The notes beneath the pieces were generated by a model, which searched no databases, had not been told where the DNA came from, and worked only from the letters and a program-made list of their open reading frames with translations. This document shows positions 56,839 to 64,000 of a DNA stretch of 64,000 bases, piece by piece. A program made the translations under genes and the position numbers. The DNA is from a virus (taxonomy: Duplodnaviria; Caudoviricetes): the IMG/VR virus record IMGVR_UViG_3300009370_000001; one strand, written 5' to 3'. How positions within the stretch are numbered: position 1 is the stretch's first letter; every line of letters begins with the position of its first letter.

Positions 56839-57316
56839 AACAGTACAAAAAGTAATGTTCTCTAGTAAAACAGGAGACTGGTCAACCCCTCAAGATTTTT
56901 TTGACAAACTAAATTGGAGATTTGGGCCTTTTGATTTGGACCCTTGCGCCACCCCCCACAATACAAAGTGCGCTAATTTCTATACCCCCACGGAGAACGG
57001 ACTGGAAAAGAGTTGGCAAGGACATACAGTGTTTGTTAACCCCCCTTATGGCCGTGGTATTGAAGCGTGGATTAAGAAGGGCTATGAAGAAGCGCAAGAC
57101 ACCGACACCAAAGTAGTAATGTTGATTCCTGCGCGCACCGATACAAAATATTGGCACGACTATGTAATGAAGGCAGAAATGGTCTTCTTCATTAAAGGGC
57201 GCCTTAAGTTTGGAGACAGTGAAAACAGCGCACCATTTCCTTCAGCGGTCGTAGTCTTTAGCAGGCGCCCTAAAGGATGGGGATGTACACCGGGAATGGG
57301 GGCGCTCACCCGATGA
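56831..57316 (+). CDS. Phage N6-adenine DNA methyltransferase (short Dam family)
   Basis: WSTPQDFF, FDLDPCA, VFVNPPYG, MLIPARTDTKYWHD. Confidence 0.88.
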   Translation: MNKTVQKVMFSSKTGDWSTPQDFFDKLNWRFGPFDLDPCATPHNTKCANFYTPTENGLEKSWQGHTVFVNPPYGRGIEAWIKKGYEEAQDTDTKVVMLIPARTDTKYWHDYVMKAEMVFFIKGRLKFGDSENSAPFPSAVVVFSRRPKGWGCTPGMGALTR

Positions 57317-57606
57317 ATAGAAAGCAGCGCCGCCGCAAGGAAAAGATGAAGAAAAAGTTATCTCCAGAAGAACAAAATCTTTCGGAAAAAATTTCTCTTT
57401 TCAATCAGCTTGCCGAAGAGTGTTTAGCTTGCACTAAGCCGTTTGACAAGCAGGATAAGGCTATGGTACAATCATGGAATGTCGTAGTGCGAGAAGACAA
57501 AGACCCACCCGTCCGTCTTTATTGTCCCGATTGTTGGGAGAGAGCCCAAACTATTGCTAAACAATATTTAGAAGAACACAAGGAGCAAGCAAATGAGAGT
57601 GACTAG
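57313..57606 (+). CDS. Hypothetical protein with two CxxC pairs
   Basis: CLAC...YCPDCW. Confidence 0.6.
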   Translation: MNRKQRRRKEKMKKKLSPEEQNLSEKISLFNQLAEECLACTKPFDKQDKAMVQSWNVVVREDKDPPVRLYCPDCWERAQTIAKQYLEEHKEQANESD

Positions 57607-57958
57607 GTTATCAAAGGGAGCACTTACTAATCTTTTACAGGGTAAAACTTCTGTCCCTACTACATGTGTGGTTAAGTTTTATTCGAATGGGTGTCATTAC
57701 TGCCACAAGCTTAAAGAGTATTACGAGAAAATCGCGGAAGAACATGGAGATTTGCATTTTTTTGCATTCAATATTCAAGATGCAACAGGCATTGAAAATG
57801 AATTGGGCTTCAAAGGAGTGCCGACTATAATTAAAGTTAACACCAATAGTGGCACGCCACAAATTGAGATTATTGATGAGCCTCATACTCCTAATGAGTA
57901 TACTTATTATACGTCTACGGACATTAAAAACTTTATCAACGGAGAACACCCAGAATGA
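57593..57958 (+). CDS. Thioredoxin-like protein
   Basis: VKFYSNGCHYCHKL CxxC, GVPTI cis-Pro motif; AGGAG RBS. Confidence 0.8.
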   Translation: MRVTRLSKGALTNLLQGKTSVPTTCVVKFYSNGCHYCHKLKEYYEKIAEEHGDLHFFAFNIQDATGIENELGFKGVPTIIKVNTNSGTPQIEIIDEPHTPNEYTYYTSTDIKNFINGEHPE

Positions 57959-58383
57959 ATAAATCTATTTACCAAGCTTTATGGTACAACGTAGTAGCAG
58001 AAGCCTCAACAGTGGAGTCGGCCCTCGCCTATCGCATGCGCGCAGAAGAGATAAGCTCTGAAACAGTTCAAGAGTGCAAAGAAATGCTAATGCACTTAGT
58101 TAATTTAAAGGCGGCACGTCACGAAATAGAGACAACATATAAGCCTCAATACCTGGCACCGACGCCGCAAGAGGCAACCAAGGCGCAGACTGACGCTCAA
58201 TGGGAACAATTGATTACCAAGGTAAACAAAATTGAAGCACACCTCGACCCCCGCGCTTCCAAGCGTACAGATCCGCCGACTCACGACGAATTAATGGAGC
58301 GCTCCACTTCTTATCGAGAGAGTCAAGGCGCCATCGCTATGGGAACTGTAGTTGAGGCAAAAGAGGAATTTGATGAAGAATAA
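57955..58383 (+). CDS. Hypothetical protein
   Basis: Coupled ORF with a GGAG RBS. Confidence 0.55.
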   Translation: MNKSIYQALWYNVVAEASTVESALAYRMRAEEISSETVQECKEMLMHLVNLKAARHEIETTYKPQYLAPTPQEATKAQTDAQWEQLITKVNKIEAHLDPRASKRTDPPTHDELMERSTSYRESQGAIAMGTVVEAKEEFDEE

Positions 58384-59401
58384 AGAAGCGCTTTCCTATG
58401 ATGATGTATTGCTTAAACCGCAATATTCTGATATCACGTCACGAACCGAAATTGATTTAAGCAGCGATTTAAAAGACGGATTCATATTACGGACCCCTAT
58501 ATTGGGCGCGCCAATGGATACTATTTCGCAAGCTGCCATGGCGACAGCATTAGGAAGAGAGGGCGCTAGCGCCGTTATTCATCGCTATAACCCTATTGAA
58601 GCTCAAGCACGTTTTGTGCGAATGGCGCGCGACGTAGGAGGGGACATTAACGTTGGCGCCGCGGTAGGGGTAACTGGAGATTATCTTGAACGGGCAGCGA
58701 CAGTAGTAGAACACGGCGCCACCTATTTATGTGTGGACGTTGCACATGGCCACCATTGCTTAATGAAAGGCGCGCTGCATGCACTGAGAGAAAAATTTCC
58801 CGACTTGCATATTATGGCGGGCAACATCGCGACTCTTGAGGGGCTTAATGATTTAGCTGACTGGGGTGCGAGTTCTGTTCGATGTAACATTGGTGGGGGC
58901 TCTATCTGCTCCACGCGCATTCAAACCGGGCATGGCATGCCGGGTCTTCAAACCATTTTTGACTGCGCTCAAACCGACAGGGACGTGGCAATCATTGCCG
59001 ATGGAGGCATTCGCAACTCAGGCGATATTGTTAAAGCACTAGCCGCCGGAGCAGACGCAGTGATGTGTGGCTCTCTCTTAGCCGGCACCACGGAGGCCCC
59101 AGGCCAAGTATTGCGTGATTCCGATGGAAGCGTTTGGAAATCCTATCGAGGAATGGCCAGCAAAGAGGCCCAAACAGAATGGAAAGGAAAGTATGCATCC
59201 TTTGAGGGAGTCGCCACGCGTGTACCCTACCAAGGAAAAGTGGCCGATGTGCTAGCAGACTTAACACGAGGAATACGCTCCGGACTATCTTATAGTGGTG
59301 CAAGATCAATCGAAGAACTTCAGGCTAAAGCAGAGTTTATATTGCAGACTTCATCTGGAGTATCTGAAAGCGGTACTCATATTTTAACGAGGAAATGGTA
59401 A
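58373..59401 (+). CDS. guaB: IMP dehydrogenase / GMP reductase family protein without CBS domains
   Basis: [30 protein letters not shown] catalytic Cys, [17 protein letters not shown]. Confidence 0.88.
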   Translation: MKNKEALSYDDVLLKPQYSDITSRTEIDLSSDLKDGFILRTPILGAPMDTISQAAMATALGREGASAVIHRYNPIEAQARFVRMARDVGGDINVGAAVGVTGDYLERAATVVEHGATYLCVDVAHGHHCLMKGALHALREKFPDLHIMAGNIATLEGLNDLADWGASSVRCNIGGGSICSTRIQTGHGMPGLQTIFDCAQTDRDVAIIADGGIRNSGDIVKALAAGADAVMCGSLLAGTTEAPGQVLRDSDGSVWKSYRGMASKEAQTEWKGKYASFEGVATRVPYQGKVADVLADLTRGIRSGLSYSGARSIEELQAKAEFILQTSSGVSESGTHILTRKW

Positions 59402-59520
59402 TGCCTAATATCTCAAAAGAAGAAGTTAAAGAAATAGCTTTGTCAATGGTGCGCCCTGTTTTCTGGCTCCTGGTTGGGGTCTTAGCATATGCAGGGCTCG
59501 TCCAATGGGTTGGAGGATAA
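59401..59520 (+). CDS. 39-aa single-pass membrane peptide, not in the ORF track
   Basis: [39 protein letters not shown]; TAATG overlap with guaB; GAGG RBS; abuts the next ATG. Confidence 0.55.
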   Translation: MPNISKEEVKEIALSMVRPVFWLLVGVLAYAGLVQWVGG

Positions 59521-59841
59521 ATGGCAATCGATTATGGCAATTTGACAAAGCGTGTGGTCTTCACAGAAAACGATCATCGTCACGCAAAGTTATTGTTGCG
59601 GCTGCAGCAAGACGGATTAACTCAAGCTGCATTCTTTCGTCACCTTATCACTGCCTATATCGAAGGCGACGAGCGCATCGTAGATTATATTGATAATGTA
59701 AAGAATCAATCTAAGGCGCGCAAGGTCAAAACTAAAAGGTTGCGAGAACAAGGAAAACAACTACTGACCGATGCCGGATTTTCCGACCAGCAATTGCACG
59801 ACCTTTTCGACATCATTGCTGAAGAGCATCCAGACCTATAA
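59521..59841 (+). CDS. Hypothetical protein, possibly ribbon-helix-helix-like
   Basis: GGAGG RBS; KRVVFTE...AKLLLRL...LTQAAFFRHLI. Confidence 0.55.
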   Translation: MAIDYGNLTKRVVFTENDHRHAKLLLRLQQDGLTQAAFFRHLITAYIEGDERIVDYIDNVKNQSKARKVKTKRLREQGKQLLTDAGFSDQQLHDLFDIIAEEHPDL

Positions 59842-59875
59842 AAAGTCGTTTTTTTGGACTTTATCTCAACACACA

Positions 59876-59883
59876 ACTATTTA
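59876..59883 (+). promoter_or_regulatory. Candidate late promoter core ACTATTTA
   Basis: After an AAAGTC/GACTTT hairpin; 39 nt before ATG 59923. Confidence 0.55.
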
Positions 59884-59922
59884 TTTTTGAGTTAGCATAT
59901 ATATGCTCAAGGAGAAAACTAA

Positions 59923-60828
59923 ATGGCTCGTAAAAAACTGTTAACAGAAGGCGAGGTTAGGCAATTTATGAAGCTTGCTAACCTTGGACCTTTAAGTGAG
60001 AATTATTTCTCAAATAACCCTCTCGAAGAAGAGGAACTGGAAGATGAGTTAGAAGCTACCGAAGATGAACTCGGTGCTGAAGATCATTTTGCCGACGAAG
60101 AAGCTGACGAATTGGATGCTCTTGGTGACGAAGGCGGTGACGCAGATAATGAAGCGTTACTGGCTCGCGTTGTTCAAGCTGTAGCAGCTGAATTAGGAGT
60201 GGAAGTAGATGTTGAAGGCGCCGACGCTGAAGGGGGTGAAGAACTCGAAGTCGACGCAGAATTAGAAGAGCCCCTCCCCGGTGGCGATGAACTTGAAATG
60301 GGCGCGGAAGAGGAACTAGAACTTCCCGGTGGCCGTGACATGTATCAAGAAACGCAAGGCGCCGATGACCGCGAAGATGAGCACCTTGGAGCCGAAGACG
60401 GCGCCGAGAGCGGCAAGAAGCAAAGCGAGAAGGATCGCCGCAAGGAAATGCGTGGCGCCCGTCGAGCAGCCGGTGAGTCTGGAGACCCTGTAGCCACCCA
60501 AGAAGGCCAAGAAGTCGACGAGGCCATGGCTTCCGGAGGTTCCGGCGGTGCTTTCAAGAGCCAACGTGCGCAGAGTACACGACAACGCCATGGCGGCGGA
60601 CTTGGTCGCGACAAATGCTATGACGCCGATGGAAATCGTGTTGAATGTGACGGTTCTCAGGGTGAAGTTGCTAAGCGCCAAGCTGCAGAAGCGGTTGAAA
60701 TCGACCAAGATGCCATCGTGGCAGAGGTCGCCCGTCGAGTGGCAGAGCGCTTAAGCGCAGCTAAGAAGAATGAAGAGATGGCCGATCAGTTAGCTGAGCG
60801 TATCTTTCAACGCTTGACCGCAAAATAG
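59923..60828 (+). CDS. Very acidic low-complexity protein with N-terminal LLTEGEVRQFMKLANL tag; scaffold- or core-like
   Basis: AAGGAG RBS; Glu/Asp/Gly-rich; amphipathic helices at both ends. Confidence 0.65.
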   Translation: MARKKLLTEGEVRQFMKLANLGPLSENYFSNNPLEEEELEDELEATEDELGAEDHFADEEADELDALGDEGGDADNEALLARVVQAVAAELGVEVDVEGADAEGGEELEVDAELEEPLPGGDELEMGAEEELELPGGRDMYQETQGADDREDEHLGAEDGAESGKKQSEKDRRKEMRGARRAAGESGDPVATQEGQEVDEAMASGGSGGAFKSQRAQSTRQRHGGGLGRDKCYDADGNRVECDGSQGEVAKRQAAEAVEIDQDAIVAEVARRVAERLSAAKKNEEMADQLAERIFQRLTAK

Positions 60829-60831
60829 TAC

Positions 60832-60860
60832 TTGACAAAAACCTTACGAGCAGTTATATT
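60832..60860 (+). promoter_or_regulatory. sigma70-type promoter
   Basis: TTGACA-N17-TATATT; followed by the inverted repeat TAACCACTGAGACC / GGTTTTAGTGGTTA. Confidence 0.7.
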
Positions 60861-60912
60861 AACCACTGAGACCACAAAAGGTTTTAGTGGTTAATTTACT
60901 TAGGAGCACTGT

Positions 60913-61320
60913 GTGGAATGGGCGCTGTTTACATTAATGTTTATCTTCGGGTATATTACTTGTAAGATATTCTATTTTATCAAAGCTACGCGCGCATCCG
61001 TGTTATTGTTGAAAGCGGCGCAGTTAGTATCGTTAGGTCTTCTTGCACGTGCAATGGAAGATTTTTATTACGCTAAAATCTATCGAATGGAAAAGATGAT
61101 CGAGTCCCAAGAGTCTGATCACAATATTAGCGCCTTCTCTTATCGGATGGAAGAAGAGCTAGCTGCCTATAAAAAGAAATCGGTTCAAGGACTTGTTGAG
61201 CTTCATCCCTCTTTTTTTAAAGAAATTGTAGAGTTTGATGATTGGGCGTCTGGAATGGAGTATCTTAAAAAGAATGAAGAAGTAGTTCGCGCATTTTTTA
61301 GTAGGAGAGAAGATGATTAA
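60913..61320 (+). CDS. Hypothetical protein with an N-terminal transmembrane helix
   Basis: AGGAG RBS, GTG start, hydrophobic first ~20 aa. Confidence 0.6.
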   Translation: MEWALFTLMFIFGYITCKIFYFIKATRASVLLLKAAQLVSLGLLARAMEDFYYAKIYRMEKMIESQESDHNISAFSYRMEEELAAYKKKSVQGLVELHPSFFKEIVEFDDWASGMEYLKKNEEVVRAFFSRREDD

Positions 61321-61969
61321 TCGTATTAAAGAAGCTATTGGAGCTTTTGTAACCGAAGAAGAAAAACCGGAAGAAGACGCAGCACGCATCGTAATTGTAG
61401 ATCCTGCCGCTTTGCAGGCTGCAGCCAAGGAAGATGAACCAGCGGCTCATTTGTTAGGGCTTTTCGCTGCCGTAGAAGAAGAAAAAATTGCAGAAGTAAT
61501 CCATGCTCTCTTGGTAGTAGTGGAAAATGAACACAAGAAAGAAAAAGAAGCCCGCATCCCTGTAGATTTTTATCTTTCTACTTATGGCGGATCCGCTGAC
61601 GATATGTTTGCCCTCTATGATATAATGCGGCTTGTACGTGATGACATCACTATTCGGACGGTAGGAGTAGGGAAGGTTATGTCCGCGGGAGTACTCCTTC
61701 TGGCGGCCGGCACAAAAGGACAACGAAGTATCGCTAAGAACTGTCGTATTATGATTCATTCCGTAATCGGAGGCAACCAAGGCGACCTTCATAATATGTT
61801 GAATGAGATGGAGGCTATTGAACAACTACAACAAATGTTCATAGATTGTTTAGTAACGGAAACAAAAATGACAAAAACTAGGTTGAAAAAAATGCTAGAT
61901 CGTAAAGTTAATGTCTATTTATCAGCAGAAGAAGCAGTCGAATTGGGTATTGCTGACGTCATTATTTAA
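61313..61969 (+). CDS. clpP: ClpP-like protease, copy 2 (Asp position occupied by Asn)
   Basis: LSTYGGSA, VMSAG (Ser), MIHS (His), KVNVYLSAEEAVELGIAD. Confidence 0.85.
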   Translation: MINRIKEAIGAFVTEEEKPEEDAARIVIVDPAALQAAAKEDEPAAHLLGLFAAVEEEKIAEVIHALLVVVENEHKKEKEARIPVDFYLSTYGGSADDMFALYDIMRLVRDDITIRTVGVGKVMSAGVLLLAAGTKGQRSIAKNCRIMIHSVIGGNQGDLHNMLNEMEAIEQLQQMFIDCLVTETKMTKTRLKKMLDRKVNVYLSAEEAVELGIADVII

Positions 61970-61982
61970 GGAAACATACATT

Positions 61983-63644
61983 ATGGATTTGCGCGAGATC
62001 TTAAGAGAAGAATACGAAAAGAATATAAAAGAGCTTATGGATCCCAGTGCACTTTTGAAATTAATTGAAGAAGCAATGGAAACGTCGTTTCAACTGGATG
62101 AAAAAGCCGAAGCTGCAGCCGGCGTTTCCTTTGACCCCCAACAGATGTTGCTTCGAATGATTCCAGATATCGCAGTATCCGAAATTGGGTGGTCGGACGT
62201 GCGCTCTGTAGAGGATGAAGCAGGACACGCCGAAGTAGTATCAGGACCACAGCGTAAGCTGCTGGAAGATTATCTTGCGAATATCGCCGGCGGCAGCTTT
62301 GAAGAGCGGATCGCCTCTATCTCTAGCTTTTATGAGAGAGGATCGGCAGAGTTGCAGGAAGGAACTAATGACCGTATTCAACTTATTACTAATGCAATCT
62401 CTTATTTGGTATTCTACAAAACTCTAACGAAGATTGTTACCAACTTTAATGCCTCCTCTGCTGGCTTCAGCTTCGAATCCTTTTTAGCAACGTTGGTAAG
62501 CGGTGAGCAAGTGCCGGCCAATACCGGCACAATTGCCGATTACATTGACCGGTCAACAGGTAAAGATATTCCCGTGAGCTTAAAGCTCTACAAAGAAGGA
62601 CAATTGGAAGTGGGAGGAAGCTATACCGATCTTGTCAATGACCTTGTTGATCCCACTAAGTGGCCGGGATTCCCAAGCAAGATGCGCTATGTTGTATGCA
62701 CCAAAAACCTTCAAGGCGAAGGTCTAGAGCAACAGGGACAGATTAACGTTTATCAATGGGATTTTACACTCGACAACGTAATGGATATTCTTGCTATCAC
62801 TAAAGACTCATCCAGCAAGAACATTATGCTTCCCCGCCAAGTGGTGTCGGCCCTCTTAGCGGGGCAACAGAGTGGCACAGATGTGGAACTCCCCGAGCGT
62901 TCTCCTGCACCTACCGCTGACGATCTTGGAAGGCTCTTCGTCGATTACCTTATAACTAATTTAGAGGAGATTGAGTATATTGAAAATGCTGCCGAGGTAG
63001 GGAAGGAAATAGGTGATGCTCTCAACTGGGCCCAAGACGATGAACTTTTTAATAAGAATAAAACACGAGGAGTGGGTGGTCTTAATGCAGCTTACGTAAA
63101 AAATTGGGTGACGAAGAATATTACTAATGAAAAAGCCATTCGAGACCAGATCAAAAACGCCATTGTTAATGCGAACGTAGCTGTGGTAGCTTCTCAAAAA
63201 GCTAGTGCTCGGAAAGACGCGCGTAATATGGAAATCCAACGAATGCGAGAAGCAGGTGAGTTTTTAAATCCCGAAGAATCAGCGATTGAATATAAAAAGC
63301 TGGGCCCACGCCAAAAAGCCATGGCGCTCAAGAATTCATATGGAGTATTGCAGACCGGACACTTTGCGCTTAACAACACCCAGTCTTTGATGTCCGAGCA
63401 GCCGGTCAATGCAGAAGCCCTAGGCTCTATTAAGGTGGGTACCAAATATGTAGCCGAAGCGCTCAACCAAGTGCGAGACATTCTTAATGAAGAAGTATAC
63501 GAAATCTTTGAATCATTAAAGATCTTGTCTGACAGCTTAAACTCGTTCTTTGCAAATGGGCTGAAAGATGACACCCTGGCCAAGACCTCCATTGATAATG
63601 CCGAGAACATTCAAACAAAAGAAATCTTACAGCCCGATGAATAA
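61983..63644 (+). CDS. Hypothetical 553-aa protein with N-terminal LREILREEY tag
   Basis: ATG 61983 after AAGGA; contains AGFSFESFLA...IADY...VSLKLY, weakly reminiscent of a PD-(D/E)xK nuclease core. Confidence 0.6.
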   Translation: MDLREILREEYEKNIKELMDPSALLKLIEEAMETSFQLDEKAEAAAGVSFDPQQMLLRMIPDIAVSEIGWSDVRSVEDEAGHAEVVSGPQRKLLEDYLANIAGGSFEERIASISSFYERGSAELQEGTNDRIQLITNAISYLVFYKTLTKIVTNFNASSAGFSFESFLATLVSGEQVPANTGTIADYIDRSTGKDIPVSLKLYKEGQLEVGGSYTDLVNDLVDPTKWPGFPSKMRYVVCTKNLQGEGLEQQGQINVYQWDFTLDNVMDILAITKDSSSKNIMLPRQVVSALLAGQQSGTDVELPERSPAPTADDLGRLFVDYLITNLEEIEYIENAAEVGKEIGDALNWAQDDELFNKNKTRGVGGLNAAYVKNWVTKNITNEKAIRDQIKNAIVNANVAVVASQKASARKDARNMEIQRMREAGEFLNPEESAIEYKKLGPRQKAMALKNSYGVLQTGHFALNNTQSLMSEQPVNAEALGSIKVGTKYVAEALNQVRDILNEEVYEIFESLKILSDSLNSFFANGLKDDTLAKTSIDNAENIQTKEILQPDE

Positions 63645-63649
63645 AAAGC

Positions 63650-63678
63650 TTGACATCGCATACGTAGGCGGTTATAAT
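63650..63678 (+). promoter_or_regulatory. Consensus sigma70 promoter for groEL
   Basis: TTGACA-N17-TATAAT, exact consensus. Confidence 0.85.
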
Positions 63679-63700
63679 ATAAATAAAGCAGAGGTGCACA

Positions 63701-64000
63701 TTGAGCAGAGCTTATGATAGCCAGCGAGAATTACAACAGAAGATTATGAATGGCGTTAATACGCTAGCAGATAACGTGGCGTCGACGCTGGGGCCGCGCG
63801 GAAGAAATGTCCTTTTACAAGAAAAAGGTCAGATGCCTTTTATTACGAAAGACGGAGTAACAGTGGCTCATTTTGTAGCACTGGACGATCCATTCGAAAA
63901 TGCCGCAGCCCAAGTTATCAAACAGGCTGCAATTCAAACTAACACAGATGCGGGGGATGGTACCACCACAGCTACCGTTCTGGCTCGCGCAATTTTACGA
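63701..64000 (+). CDS. groEL: GroEL chaperonin, 5' part truncated by the window end; not in the ORF track
   Basis: GAGG RBS and TTG start; translates to ...LADNVASTLGPRGRNV...ITKDGVTVA...AGDGTTTATVLARAIL. Confidence 0.93.
   Translation, partial: MSRAYDSQRELQQKIMNGVNTLADNVASTLGPRGRNVLLQEKGQMPFITKDGVTVAHFVALDDPFENAAAQVIKQAAIQTNTDAGDGTTTATVLARAILR

Noticed and set aside
1-64000. Stop-codon reassignment, inteins, self-splicing introns, tRNA genes
   Set aside because: Terminase, RNR, DnaE, helicase and RecA read as uninterrupted, normal-length ORFs in the standard code. Intergenic gaps are short and show no cloverleaf that I could recognise.

Overview
This window is a 64-kb segment of a large T4-like (myovirus) bacteriophage genome. 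Every credible gene lies on the + strand and reads in the standard code. Bases 1-37.7 kb are the virion module: terminase, portal, prohead protease, a phage ribosomal protein bS21, a cluster of paralogous Gly/Ser/Thr-rich fibre or decoration genes, scaffold, gp23-like major capsid, neck proteins, tail sheath and tube, tail-assembly chaperone pair, tape measure and baseplate. Bases 37.7-64 kb are the replication, metabolism and proteostasis module: minimal PolA, degenerate tubulin/FtsZ-like protein, gp32-like SSB, ParB-like protein, two adenine methyltransferases, RecA, 5'-3' exonuclease, DnaB-like helicase, class II RNR, GroES-like protein, amidase endolysin, DnaE, two ClpP paralogues, a J-domain protein, thioredoxin, GuaB and the start of GroEL. 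Two promoter classes are visible: sigma70-type TTGACN-N16/17-TANNNT in the replication region, and a candidate late motif ACTA(T/A/C)TTA before structural genes. The best leads are: (1) short amphipathic E-terminated tags shared by unrelated proteins, a candidate capsid-loading and cleavage code; (2) a +1/-2 frameshift at a T7 run joining the tail chaperone ORFs; (3) a gene-32-type H-pseudoknot overlapping the SSB terminator; (4) a ClpP pair in which one copy has Asp->Asn at the catalytic triad; (5) a minimal PolA alongside DnaE; (6) an unannotated 22-aa ORF before the prohead protease. All functional calls come from motifs read by eye; no database search or folding was run. No tRNA, CRISPR array, intron, intein or transposase was recognised.
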